A DNA stretch of 64,000 nt from a virus (lineage: Duplodnaviria; Caudoviricetes), in the IMG/VR virus record IMGVR_UViG_3300042852_000025, positions 8,557 to 72,556 of that record; one strand, written 5' to 3'. Position 1 is the stretch's first letter, and every line of letters begins with the position of its first letter. The translations under genes were made by a program, and so were the position numbers. This document shows, one piece after another, positions 27,194 through 37,268 of this stretch. The notes beneath the pieces are model-generated. The model did no database searches. It was not told the origin of the DNA and saw only the letters and a list, made by a program, of their open reading frames with translations.

Positions 27194-28329
27194 TAGGGCA
27201 CCGAGGTTTCACTAACGATGGAATTTGCGCCAGCAAGTACGCCAGCCAGTTGGACCAACACGACTCCGTTGTTTTCGCTGGCTTTCCTGCCAGGGCTCAC
27301 GGTTGCCGCTGAATCATTCCCTACAGTGTAGGTCAGCTCTTGGCCGACGATCCCCTCGGCCGCGCCGCCGTACACCCGATTGAACACCGGCACGGTTTTG
27401 CCCTTCTGCGGAGAGCGCAGGGGGATCGGCGGCGTCATACCAATGGGCAGCGCCACCGGGTAGTAGCCTTTGACTTTGGTGGTGCAGATGCAGTCCGGCA
27501 GGGTGTCGGGCGAGTTGTAGCAGAACAGCACCCGGCGCATGAACGGGTCCCAGGTGAACGCGGTGTTAGTCCAGGTGAACCCGCCGCTGACCAGCCCGGT
27601 GTGCAGCACACCCAGCACTTCGCCGGTCTCGTAATTGAAGGCGGTCAGGTTGCCGGTGGTTTCCACGGCGTAGGCCACCGGCGGTTCGGCGATGAACAGG
27701 AACTCGATGTTGCCGGCCACGTTGATCGTGCGCAGCCAGTCGCCGTTGGACAGTCGGCAGACCGACAGCTGCGAGGCAGTGTTCCCCTGGATGCGGGTGA
27801 TCACCACGTCGCGGGCGGGGTCGACGGCGAAGGTGCTGGTCCCGGGGAGCGCTCCGGTGCTGCCGATGTTGGCCCCCAAGTCGGTGAGCAGCACCGGGTG
27901 TTGCGTGGTCCGCCAAGTCACCGGGTCGACCTTCAACAACCCGTAGTCGTAGAGGCTGGTGGCCCAGATCGACCCGTCCGGGGCGGAAAACATGAACGCG
28001 ATCGTGAACGAGGTGATGTTCTGGCGCATGCCTTTGTAGACCCCTGTTCGGCCATCCCACACCAGGGTCTGCACGCTCCAGCTCGGCCACGCATCTTGGC
28101 GCATCACGCTCAACAGATGAATCTCAAACTCGCCGGGGTAGGTGGGGTCTTTGATGGTGAACAAGCCCCGGAAAAAATCGATGTACATGGTGCAGGTGAA
28201 AAGGGTTTCGACCGGGCTTGGATAGAAATAGCTGATGCCGTCCGGGAGGATCAGCGCGGTGCGCGGTACGGCCCGCGTGGTCAGCGGGTACACCGCCACG
28301 TCAGACTCAAAAACCTGTTTGATCGGCAT
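27193..28329 (-). CDS. tail protein, beta-propeller-like with C-terminal Ig-like domain
   Basis: propeller-like repeats (APDGSIW, VDP, ETGE) and a Big-1-like C-terminus. Confidence 0.6.
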   Translation of the reverse strand: MPIKQVFESDVAVYPLTTRAVPRTALILPDGISYFYPSPVETLFTCTMYIDFFRGLFTIKDPTYPGEFEIHLLSVMRQDAWPSWSVQTLVWDGRTGVYKGMRQNITSFTIAFMFSAPDGSIWATSLYDYGLLKVDPVTWRTTQHPVLLTDLGANIGSTGALPGTSTFAVDPARDVVITRIQGNTASQLSVCRLSNGDWLRTINVAGNIEFLFIAEPPVAYAVETTGNLTAFNYETGEVLGVLHTGLVSGGFTWTNTAFTWDPFMRRVLFCYNSPDTLPDCICTTKVKGYYPVALPIGMTPPIPLRSPQKGKTVPVFNRVYGGAAEGIVGQELTYTVGNDSAATVSPGRKASENNGVVLVQLAGVLAGANSIVSETSVP

Positions 28330-29288
28330 CAGAGCAGCACCCCTGCGGTGAGGTTGAAGTTAAGGCCGGTGCTGCCGATCGGCAGGGTCACCCGAGTGCG
28401 GGCGTAACCGTCCACGTCGGTGGTCGACTGCGCGATCTGCACCACCCCCGGCGTGGTGCTGGACCAGTCCACCAGCACCCCGGCACACGGCTCGCCGCTG
28501 GCACCGAGCAGGCGGGTGCGGTACTCGACCGAGCTGCCTTGGCCCACGGTGCCGAGCGCTGCGGGCGCGGACAGGGCCGTGGGCACGGGCTCGTCGGCGT
28601 AGATGCTGATGGTGTGATGCACCTCGGGGCTGACTTCCTGCCGCAGCACGAACCAGACCCCGAGAGCGGGGGAGTAGGTCGGGGGGGAGGCGGCGTCGAA
28701 CCCGAGCTTGCGCTGCCAGCTGACGATTTCCCGGTTGACGTGGTCGTACAGCACGGCGGAATCCACCGCCGAAACAAACACCGTGCCGGCGGCGGGGCCG
28801 GGGCTGTAGCTGTAGCCAATGCCCCCAACGTTCATGGTGGGCAGGGTGGCTTCAATGGCGCCGCTACCGGTCTCGCTGTGCAGGCGGCTGCGCAGCCCGC
28901 TGAACAACACCCGTTCCGCCAGAAAGTAGGCACCGTTGGCCAACCAGCTGGGGTCGGCAATCTCGGCCCCTTCGGGGTACAGGGTCACCGGATGCACCGA
29001 ACGCACCAGCGAGTAGGTCATGCCGGCCGCGACTCGGGCGATACCGGTGTTCTGCGTGTCGTGGTAGTAAATGTCATAGGCCGACAACGAGGGATTGCGC
29101 ACCCCGGTAAAGCCATCGACCTGGATCAACGTGCCGCTCTGCATGCTGTCGCCGGTAGGCTTCTTGATAATGGTCACGGCCGCCAACGCCATGAGCGAAT
29201 CAAACCACATCGGCTTTTGAAAGCAGCGTGCATAGTTGCCGTCGATGTCCTTCATCGCGAACGGCCCGGCCAGCAGACGCAAGGCCAT
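28329..29288 (-). CDS. tail protein with C-terminal Ig-like (Big-1) domain
   Basis: GASGEPCAGVLVDWS...STTDVDGYART. Confidence 0.6.
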   Translation of the reverse strand: MALRLLAGPFAMKDIDGNYARCFQKPMWFDSLMALAAVTIIKKPTGDSMQSGTLIQVDGFTGVRNPSLSAYDIYYHDTQNTGIARVAAGMTYSLVRSVHPVTLYPEGAEIADPSWLANGAYFLAERVLFSGLRSRLHSETGSGAIEATLPTMNVGGIGYSYSPGPAAGTVFVSAVDSAVLYDHVNREIVSWQRKLGFDAASPPTYSPALGVWFVLRQEVSPEVHHTISIYADEPVPTALSAPAALGTVGQGSSVEYRTRLLGASGEPCAGVLVDWSSTTPGVVQIAQSTTDVDGYARTRVTLPIGSTGLNFNLTAGVLL

Positions 29289-29289
29289 G

Positions 29290-29832
29290 TCAGGCCACCC
29301 TGCCGACAATGCGCAGCTTGACCGTCACCGGGTATTCCACAAGGTCGGTGCCGACCGATTGCGGGGACATCGTCATCGGCGCACCGCCGACCTCGATGCC
29401 GACGATGATCACGCTGAACTTCAGGCTGGTGACGTAGGAGGGGTGCCATTCGATGTAGCCCACCGCCGGATCGGGTGGGTTCATCCAGAAGGCGATCAAC
29501 GCCTTGAGCATGTCGAGCGGCATCGACAGGCCGGCGCTAGGAATCCAGCGTTCCTCCGGCGCCACGTCGCGCAGGTTGCCAGGCCACAGCGTGTTGGATG
29601 CCGACGACAGGGTCATCTGCGAGGTCCAGATCGGCGCGACAATCGCGTCCTCGGCCATGCTGGTCCATTCGTGCGGGGCCAGCGTGTAGTCCAGGGCGCC
29701 CAGCGTCGGGTGGATCATCCGGCCCTTGCCGGTGCCGGGCGCGGCGGCGGCCACCACCGACAGGGCGATGCTCTCGATCACCGGGCTGGCGTCGAGGACG
29801 GTGAAGTTGGTCGTTGCAGTCAGTAGGGCCAT
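29290..29832 (-). CDS. distal tail-like protein
   Basis: position after tape measure; 180 aa. Confidence 0.55.
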   Translation of the reverse strand: MALLTATTNFTVLDASPVIESIALSVVAAAAPGTGKGRMIHPTLGALDYTLAPHEWTSMAEDAIVAPIWTSQMTLSSASNTLWPGNLRDVAPEERWIPSAGLSMPLDMLKALIAFWMNPPDPAVGYIEWHPSYVTSLKFSVIIVGIEVGGAPMTMSPQSVGTDLVEYPVTVKLRIVGRVA

Positions 29833-29839
29833 ACCCACC

Positions 29840-30061
29840 TCACGGGACGTAGTGGACAGAGACAGTCGGGGTGTCGCCTGCCGTGCCGGGGTTGTAGCGG
29901 GCCAGCGCCACGCCTTGGGCGTCGGTGACTTCGCTGATCAGGGTCAGGGTGCCGGAGCCGGCCAGCGTCCACTGGATCGCCCGGTAGGACGGGCCAGTGA
30001 ACACGATCAGGCAGCTGCCATCGGTGCGCACCAGGGTGCCAGTGAGGGCGCGCAGGCTCAT
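29840..30061 (-). CDS. small Ig-like tail protein
   Basis: W.L.GSGTL...VTDAQGVA.A.Y Big-1-like motif; ATGA-coupled to tape measure. Confidence 0.6.
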   Translation of the reverse strand: MSLRALTGTLVRTDGSCLIVFTGPSYRAIQWTLAGSGTLTLISEVTDAQGVALARYNPGTAGDTPTVSVHYVP

Positions 30062-33000
30062 CGCTTGGCCCTCTCGTTGAGGATCTGCTGATCCAGCCAG
30101 TCGCCCATGCGCATGCGCATTTGCGCCGGGGTGACGTGGACGTTGTAGGTGTCCGTACCGCCGCCTGCGCGCCCGTTGGTGGACACCGGCGCCGCCGGCA
30201 TCGAGCCGGTCAGTTGGGCTTGATCGGTCATCACTGCGCTGGAACGGGCGTTGAGCATCCGCCCGTTGTTCACCGAGTGGATGAAGTCCGCGCCCAGTGC
30301 GGCGGTGGCCTTGGCGTTCAGGATGGCTTCGCCGTTGGACACGCGCAGCTCTTGGTGCTGGCCACTGGGGCCGGTCAGGTAGGCGGGGATCGAGTCCGAC
30401 GTGCCGGTGCCAGGCCCGTGAATGATGCCGCCACCGGCGAAGCCAAAGGCCCCCTTGTAAGTGGCTGCGCCCCCTGCGCCCCCTGCGAACATGCCCGCCG
30501 CCATCGTACCGAGGCTGAACAGGCCGGTCGCCTGCCCAGCGCCGGTGGAGCTGCCCAGCCCGAGCAGCCCGCCGATGTTGCCGAACACCTTGCCGAAACC
30601 GCTGGTGACATTGTCCAGCAGGCCAACGAAGCCCCCGCCCAGCGATTCGAAGAAGCCCTTGCCCTCGGTTTCGACCAGCTTGTCCAGCCCGGGGCCGGCG
30701 GCGACTTTCTTCATTGCCTCGGCGGTTTCTTTCGGCAGGCAGCTGCCGTCTTTCTCGGTCGTAGTGTTGCCGGTCAGCACGCCGACCACACTGTCCATGA
30801 AGCTGCCCGGCTGAGCCGCTTGCGAGGTGGTGTTAGTGGCCTCGCCTGTCTTCGGTGACCCACCCAAGCCGAAGCGGGCGAGCAGCGCAGGGATCGCCCC
30901 CTGCTGCTGTTGCCCAGGCCCCTTGTTGCTGCCGAACAGGGTGCCGGTGAGGCTGCCGATCGTCTCGTTGCTGAGCGTCTTGATCAGCGTGCGCATGGTC
31001 TCTTTGGAGAGCTGCTTGAACACATCGTCCAGGGTGCTGCCGAGGCTTTTACCGTCCACCACGGCATCGGCAAAGGCATCGCCGATACCTTCAATCGCGG
31101 TGACTACATGGTCATTGATGGTCTCGCCGAAGTGCTCAAGCGACGACTCCGATTGTTCCAGAGTGCGCTGGATGAGGTTCGGGTCGAAGGCGCGCTTGAA
31201 CCCCGACTCCCAGGTGCCGGTGACGCGCTCCAGGGCCAGCCCGACTTGCCCAATCTCGGTGTTGGTGCCGGCGATGACCCGGTGCAGGTCGAGAACTTCT
31301 GCCCGCGCCCTGGCCAGCGACTCGGCGATGTTCTTGTTGTACTGGTCTTCTTCGGCTTTCGGCGCCAGGTCGGCAACTTGCGCTTGTGCGATGCCCAGTG
31401 CGTGCTCAGCGTTGGCCCGTTTATCAAGCAACAACCCCTGGTGATCCGTCAGGTAATTACGGCGCTGGGTGCGGTCGCCGGGGATCAGGCCCTTGTCTTC
31501 AAGCCGTGCGTCATTCAGCAGGTTGCCGCTGGTAAGCGAGCGTTCCAGCAGGGAGTCGATTTCGTCGCGGGCTTGACGCTCACGGCGGAACACCAGCTCC
31601 AGGTAGGCCGCTTGCTCTTTGTAGGGTGCCAGCGACTTGCGTTTTTCTTCAATCTCGGCGGCCGACAGCTCGGTCATGGTCCCTTGCTGCTTCAGCTGTT
31701 TCTCAAACAGGGCCAGGCGTTCGGCGTTGACCTTGTCGTACTGCTCGATCGTCGAGTCAATCGTCCCTTGCGGCGTCAGGTTGGTGGCGCTGTCCAGTAC
31801 GCCTTTCAGCCGTGTCGCCTCGCCAGTCTTCTGCCGCTGGCCACGACCGAGTTCGACCTTGGCCGATTCGCGGTCGATTTTCTCCGACTCTTTGGCCTGC
31901 TTTTCTTTCAGCGCGTTGATGCGCGCCTCAGCCTCGACCTGGTCCTTGATCAGCGCCTTGTTTTTCTCCGGGTCCTTGGTAACGTCGGCCGGCATCGCGT
32001 CCTTGGCGTCCTGCAGCTTGCGTTCCTCGATCGCGATTTCAGCTGCCGTTAGCTCGGCCAGTCGGGCTTTGGCCAGGCCAAATTGTTTGTTGGTTTTGGC
32101 GTCGTCGTAGGCTTCGGCGGCATTGGTGCGGCGTTTTTCCAGCGCCAGCTGCTTCTCGGTTTCCTTGGTGGTCTGTTCAACCAGCTGGTCCTGGCGCAAC
32201 TGGACATCGTTGTACTCTTTGACTTTTGCCGCCGTGAACTGGTAGCGCTGGGTGTTGCCCCGGGCTTCCTCTTCTGGCAGCCCGCCGGCACTGATGTCGC
32301 TGAACAGCTGCTGAACGCCGCCGGTCTTCGCGTCCGTGGTCTTTTTCAGATACTCCTTGAACTTGGGGTTATTGAAGGTCTTGGCGATCGTGTCGCCGTA
32401 CTTCACGCGATCGGCCGTGTCCTGCAAGACCTTGGTGGCTTGAGTGTCCAGCGTCTCCTGAATTTTGCCGACCGACAGGGTCAGCAGATTCTTCATCAGC
32501 CCGCCTTTGAGCTGGTTGGACGCATCAAACAGGGCGCCCTGAATTTCCTGCAGGTGACCCACCGCAGCGCCGTCCAGCTCGTGGAAGCGGGCCAGCAGTT
32601 CGGTCACCGCGGCGCGCATGTCCGCTTCGGCGGTGCTCTTGTTGTCGCTGAGCGAAATCGCCTTGATCCGCTGGATGAATTGTTGGGACACCTTCTTGGC
32701 GTTGTCATCCAGCGGGTTGACGGCACCGTTCGCCCGCATCTGATCGGCCAGGGACTGTGCAGCCTGCTGGAGAATTCCCAGCTGCATGTCCATGGCTTCC
32801 TTGCTGGTACCAGCCAGGATCTGTTGCAACGACTCAGACTGCGCCACGATCTGCTGGAACAGCTGGGCTTCCAGCTCCTGATCGTTGCTGGGGGCCGCAC
32901 CGTCCATTTTCTCCAGCGTCTTGCGGGCGTTGACCAGCTTGTTGTTGAGCTGGTCGGTCATACCTTTCAGGGTGCCGCTGACCGTGTTGCCCAGTTCTTC

Positions 33001-36000
33001 AATGGTGTACAGGGCGCGATCGGCCTCGGCCGTGGTCATGCCCTGAATGAGCGCGGCCATTTGCGGGAACTGGGTTTTCAACACCTCCAGCTGATCGGCG
33101 CGCTCACTGGGGGCCAGCTTGGTGTAGCTCTTGACCAGCTCCAGCACCTGCTCGTTGGACTTGCTCAGGTTGGTGCCGAACACATTGCTGATCGCCGCGT
33201 TCAGGTCGTCGGCGGTGCGGCTGGCCGTGAGCAGGGATTCGGCCGTGGACCCCACGTTCTTGCCGAGTTCCGCCATTTTGATGTCCCAGGTCTTGGCGGC
33301 CTGGTCGTACTTCTGGAACTGGTCCTCCTGCAGGTTCAGGAGCTGACCTTGGGCAGTCGCCTGGTCGTCGGCTTCCGCCGCCGCCTTTTCCTCGGCGGAC
33401 TTCCGGCCAAAGGTGTTGTTGTAAGCGAATTGCAAAATCTGGCGAGGGGCGCCCCCCAGGATCAGTTCCCCCGCCTTCGCCAAGCCGCCTTCGCCCGCCG
33501 CTCGCTTCTTGAGGGCGTATTCGTCGAGCTTCTGGATTGCCTTGTCGGCAGAGTCAAACACTGCGGCAAAGAACCCGAGAATGCCCTCGCTACGGTTGTA
33601 GGCAAAACCGGTGATGGTCGATTTCAGACGGGTAAAGCTGGCGTCCAGACCTTTGATCGTGGTGTCCGCGCCTTCCGCGGCGGCGCGGCCAAAGGTGATC
33701 TTGGATTCGTTGGCGGCCAGCTCTTCCAGGTTGCCGATCATTGCCTTGATGGCGTTGCTCGACCGGATGTCGAAGGCCCGCGACAGGGTAGATTCACCCT
33801 CATCGTTAAAGCCCAGGCGCTTCAGTTCAGTCAGTGCCGCCTGCAGCGGGGCGCGGCCTTTGCTGAAAGCGAAGAAGCGCGCCTTCACGGCTTCGGCACC
33901 CATGTCCTCGCCCATGGCGCGGTAGCGTTCCTGCAGCGCCTTGGTCAGCTTGAGGTCCGGGCTGAAAATTTCCAGCATGCCGGAACGCAGGCCGGTGGCT
34001 GCGGTGGAGGCCTTGAGGCCAGCGTTACGCAGGGTGGACACCGCTGCGAGGAACTGTTCGGAGGTCAGGCCGAACGACTTGGCGGTCTGCGCGCCGAGGG
34101 AGAGGATGGTTTTCAGATCCTCGCCGGTCAGTTTGGAAATGTTGATCGCCTTGGCCAGCTGGTTGGCGATCACGTCATCCGACAGTTCCTTGAACACCGA
34201 GCGGGTGGTGGAAATCAGATCCGCCGCGACCTGCAGGTTGGAGCCGGTGGCCGCGGCAAAGTCCGCGGTGGCCTTCAACGTGGTGTTCATGTCCTCGACC
34301 GACACGCCGGCCTGCGCCAGCACCTTGGCGGCCTCGGTCAGTTCGCTGAGCGAGAACTTGCTGTTCTTCGCGACATCGAGCACGGTCTGCGACAGCTTGC
34401 CCATCTGCGCATCGGTGGAACCGGTGACCGCCTGGATGTCCAGGAAGGCGGTCTGCAGGTCGATCACATTTTTGGCCAGCGCACCCAGCGCGGCGGACAA
34501 GCCGTACAGCGCGGCATAGCCTACGGCGTACTTGAGGAACGAGCGCAGGGTCGACTGGAACAAGCCCATGCCTTCGTTGGCTGGGGCGGCAGCCTTGGCC
34601 AGAATCGCCAGTTCATCGGACAGGCCACGGGTCGCAGTTGCCGCCGCCTCAATGTCGGCTTTGCTCGCCCCGGATTTGGACAGCCCCTTGCCGAAGCTCG
34701 CCTGTTCGTTGCGCCGAGCCCGCACGTAATCCCGGGCCTGCTTGGCCTGTTCCGGCTCCAGTTCAGCCAGCCCGTTGGGGTTTTGCCGGGCCGCTTCGTA
34801 GATCCGCTTGCCTTCGGGGTGCTTGTTCGCGCTGTCGAAGGTGTTCAGCTTCGGCATGCTGCGAATGGTGGTCGCCAGGTGGTCGAGGCGCTGGTTGATC
34901 AGGGCGATGGTCTTGGCGAATTCGTCGCCTTCCTTGCGCGCCGTGATGTACTCGCTGCCGCTCGCCCCGACAGTGCGAGCCGCTGATTCCTGCTGCTTCC
35001 GCAGCTGGGTCAACTCGGCGTTGGCGAAGTTCCTGGCTTGGGCGAGGGCACGCCGGTCTGTGTAGCCGGTGAAATCCCCCTTGGCTTCCTCCAGCAGCTG
35101 TTTGCCGTTGGCCAGTGTGAGCGCGTGGCTGCGGCGGCGTTCTTCCGAGGTGCGCACCGCTTCCGCGTGCTTGTCGATCTGTGCCTGGGTGTTGGCCGTG
35201 GCCCCCAGCGACTGGATACGGGTTTCCAGTTTGCGCAGGAACTCGCCATAGCGCTCGACCTCGATCGCCGCTGTCTTGGCCTGGTCGCTGGTGACGCCGA
35301 AGGTGCGCGCATACGCATTCTGCAACTTGATCAAGTCGCCCAGTTCGCCCTTGACGTAGGCTTGGGCTTTCTTCGCGGCATCGACATTGCCGAACCCGTC
35401 GACCCCGGCGCCGATGCCGCCGGCCTGTTCCAGCGCGGTGCGCCCAGGGCGCAGCAGGCGGCCCCGGGTGGCACGGGTCTGCGCCACTTCGGCTTCTTTC
35501 AGGGCCAGCTGATCGGCCTTGCGGTTGTTTGTCTTGCGCAGTTTCTCGACTTCCGACAGGTCAGTGACCCGCTTGGTCAACCCGGCATAGGCCTCCGACA
35601 GCGCCGCCAGCTGGCGACCGGTGCGCTGCGCTTCTTTGGATTCCTCGCCAAAGACCTGTTCGGTCAGGGCGTGGATCTGCTTGCGGGCGTTCAACTCCTT
35701 GAGGGCAAAGGACGCGCCCTTGCTGGCTTCCACCGAAGAGGTAACGGCGGTCAGGTCGCCACGCAGGGCAGAGCGCAGAGCCGCCTTTGCCTCGGGGCGA
35801 TTGCGGCCCTCGATTTCGCTGTCACGGTCCAGCTTGGACTGCTTATTGCGCAGCGCCTCGATTGAGGTCAGCTGGCCAGCGCGGGTGTCGAGGTCGCTAA
35901 ACGCCTGTGCCGAGAGGGCCAGCTTGCGCTCGGCGCGCTCGATGGCACGGGGGTCCTGCACCGGGCGGGAGCGCTCCAGTTGCACCGCCCGTTCTGTGGC

Positions 36001-36669
36001 AGCCAGCGCCGAAGCGGCGAAGGCGCGGCCTTGTTTGGCGCTGGCGGCAGTTTCAATCGCGCCGGTGTTACCGCGGGCTGCGGTGAGGAACGCCTTGCGC
36101 CCTTCCGGCGACTGGATCGCCCGCGTGCGGCGAGCGCGTTCCAGGGTTTCAGCGGTGCGCGCCTGATTTTCCCGCAGGCGCTGATCGCGCACCGTGTCGG
36201 TCTGCGCCTTGCGCACGGCGGTGGCGTTGGCCTTGAAGCTTTTGGTGACGTTGTCGATCAGGGGCGAGATGTTCCTGGAGGTCGCCCCCAGGCTGGCCAT
36301 GATCTTTTCCAGCCCGGTGAGGTGCTGGAACATCGGGACCTGGTTGGCGTTGCCTGCGCTTCGCAGGGTGTTGGCCAGCTTGCCCAGTTGGTCCTGAAAG
36401 GTCTTGAGTCGGCCAAACGCCTCCGGCAGCCGCGCTTGCTGGCCACGGGTCAGCCTGTCCGGGGCGGTGGCCGCCCGGTCCAACAGCGTCTTATCTTTCT
36501 TGACCTGGGTGAGCAGTTTGCCGAGTTCTTTAGCCTGCGTCTTGGCGGGTTTCAGGTCGAACGCCTCGCCGAGTTCCTTCAGAGACGCTTTGGCCTTGGC
36601 CAGGTCCTCCCCTTCGAGTTTGAAACCTGCCCGGATCATTGTTCTGATAATGATATTTTCGCCGGCCAT
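30058..36669 (-). CDS. tail tape measure protein
   Basis: 2203-aa Ala-rich helical protein with TP901-like core (KFSLSELTEAAKVLAQAG...) and C-terminal GGIIHGPGTGTSDSIPA..SNGE motif. Confidence 0.95.
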   Translation of the reverse strand: MAGENIIIRTMIRAGFKLEGEDLAKAKASLKELGEAFDLKPAKTQAKELGKLLTQVKKDKTLLDRAATAPDRLTRGQQARLPEAFGRLKTFQDQLGKLANTLRSAGNANQVPMFQHLTGLEKIMASLGATSRNISPLIDNVTKSFKANATAVRKAQTDTVRDQRLRENQARTAETLERARRTRAIQSPEGRKAFLTAARGNTGAIETAASAKQGRAFAASALAATERAVQLERSRPVQDPRAIERAERKLALSAQAFSDLDTRAGQLTSIEALRNKQSKLDRDSEIEGRNRPEAKAALRSALRGDLTAVTSSVEASKGASFALKELNARKQIHALTEQVFGEESKEAQRTGRQLAALSEAYAGLTKRVTDLSEVEKLRKTNNRKADQLALKEAEVAQTRATRGRLLRPGRTALEQAGGIGAGVDGFGNVDAAKKAQAYVKGELGDLIKLQNAYARTFGVTSDQAKTAAIEVERYGEFLRKLETRIQSLGATANTQAQIDKHAEAVRTSEERRRSHALTLANGKQLLEEAKGDFTGYTDRRALAQARNFANAELTQLRKQQESAARTVGASGSEYITARKEGDEFAKTIALINQRLDHLATTIRSMPKLNTFDSANKHPEGKRIYEAARQNPNGLAELEPEQAKQARDYVRARRNEQASFGKGLSKSGASKADIEAAATATRGLSDELAILAKAAAPANEGMGLFQSTLRSFLKYAVGYAALYGLSAALGALAKNVIDLQTAFLDIQAVTGSTDAQMGKLSQTVLDVAKNSKFSLSELTEAAKVLAQAGVSVEDMNTTLKATADFAAATGSNLQVAADLISTTRSVFKELSDDVIANQLAKAINISKLTGEDLKTILSLGAQTAKSFGLTSEQFLAAVSTLRNAGLKASTAATGLRSGMLEIFSPDLKLTKALQERYRAMGEDMGAEAVKARFFAFSKGRAPLQAALTELKRLGFNDEGESTLSRAFDIRSSNAIKAMIGNLEELAANESKITFGRAAAEGADTTIKGLDASFTRLKSTITGFAYNRSEGILGFFAAVFDSADKAIQKLDEYALKKRAAGEGGLAKAGELILGGAPRQILQFAYNNTFGRKSAEEKAAAEADDQATAQGQLLNLQEDQFQKYDQAAKTWDIKMAELGKNVGSTAESLLTASRTADDLNAAISNVFGTNLSKSNEQVLELVKSYTKLAPSERADQLEVLKTQFPQMAALIQGMTTAEADRALYTIEELGNTVSGTLKGMTDQLNNKLVNARKTLEKMDGAAPSNDQELEAQLFQQIVAQSESLQQILAGTSKEAMDMQLGILQQAAQSLADQMRANGAVNPLDDNAKKVSQQFIQRIKAISLSDNKSTAEADMRAAVTELLARFHELDGAAVGHLQEIQGALFDASNQLKGGLMKNLLTLSVGKIQETLDTQATKVLQDTADRVKYGDTIAKTFNNPKFKEYLKKTTDAKTGGVQQLFSDISAGGLPEEEARGNTQRYQFTAAKVKEYNDVQLRQDQLVEQTTKETEKQLALEKRRTNAAEAYDDAKTNKQFGLAKARLAELTAAEIAIEERKLQDAKDAMPADVTKDPEKNKALIKDQVEAEARINALKEKQAKESEKIDRESAKVELGRGQRQKTGEATRLKGVLDSATNLTPQGTIDSTIEQYDKVNAERLALFEKQLKQQGTMTELSAAEIEEKRKSLAPYKEQAAYLELVFRRERQARDEIDSLLERSLTSGNLLNDARLEDKGLIPGDRTQRRNYLTDHQGLLLDKRANAEHALGIAQAQVADLAPKAEEDQYNKNIAESLARARAEVLDLHRVIAGTNTEIGQVGLALERVTGTWESGFKRAFDPNLIQRTLEQSESSLEHFGETINDHVVTAIEGIGDAFADAVVDGKSLGSTLDDVFKQLSKETMRTLIKTLSNETIGSLTGTLFGSNKGPGQQQQGAIPALLARFGLGGSPKTGEATNTTSQAAQPGSFMDSVVGVLTGNTTTEKDGSCLPKETAEAMKKVAAGPGLDKLVETEGKGFFESLGGGFVGLLDNVTSGFGKVFGNIGGLLGLGSSTGAGQATGLFSLGTMAAGMFAGGAGGAATYKGAFGFAGGGIIHGPGTGTSDSIPAYLTGPSGQHQELRVSNGEAILNAKATAALGADFIHSVNNGRMLNARSSAVMTDQAQLTGSMPAAPVSTNGRAGGGTDTYNVHVTPAQMRMRMGDWLDQQILNERAKR

Positions 36670-36672
36670 GTC

Positions 36673-37203
36673 TTAGAACCCCAGTTTTTTCATGATATCG
36701 ATCATCGAATCCACCGACGCCTTGTCGGTCATGTCGATGTCGTGGACTGATTCGTTCTGGCTGGTCAGCTTCCCGCCCGCGCCGAGTAGACAGGCTTCAA
36801 AGCGGGTGCGCAGGTCTTGCCAAACGTGCGCGGTTTTCAACTCGATCATGGACTTGACCAGGTCCATGTCGACTTCGCAGTACAGGGTCTGAGCCCGCAG
36901 CGGGTCGTAGTCGGCCAGCCACAGGCAGAGCTGGTCGGTCTTCAGTGAATTCAGCCACGCGGTGTACGCCGAACCGTAGCCATTGCCTTTGGGGCCGGGC
37001 TGCGTCGGTGTGGCGGGGGTTTTGTTTTCTTCCAGCAGGCGCTGCGCCAGGGCCTCGATGTTGGGGCAGGGCAGCTTTGCCTGTTCGGCGGCCAGCTCGA
37101 TCGCCACCCACAGAAGCAAGTCGGGTTGTTGCTCGATGAGTTCGCCCAAAATCTCTTTGAACAGCAGGGTGATCTTCGGCTTGCTGACGCGGAACAACGA
37201 CAT
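36673..37203 (-). CDS. putative tail assembly chaperone
   Basis: synteny between tail tube and tape measure. Confidence 0.55.
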   Translation of the reverse strand: MSLFRVSKPKITLLFKEILGELIEQQPDLLLWVAIELAAEQAKLPCPNIEALAQRLLEENKTPATPTQPGPKGNGYGSAYTAWLNSLKTDQLCLWLADYDPLRAQTLYCEVDMDLVKSMIELKTAHVWQDLRTRFEACLLGAGGKLTSQNESVHDIDMTDKASVDSMIDIMKKLGF

Positions 37204-37226
37204 CGCACACCTCCGATCGCTGATGG

Positions 37227-37250
37227 AAAAAGGCCGGGCAGCGCCCGGCC
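37227..37250 (-). terminator. intrinsic terminator/attenuator after tail tube gene
   Basis: GGCCGGGC-GCT-GCCCGGCC followed by TTTTT on the - strand. Confidence 0.7.
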
Positions 37251-37268
37251 CCTGTCGCGTTCCCTGAC

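Noticed and set aside
36673-37203. Programmed frameshift in tail chaperone
   Set aside because: A single ORF fills the space up to the tape measure start; no second frame requiring a slip was identified
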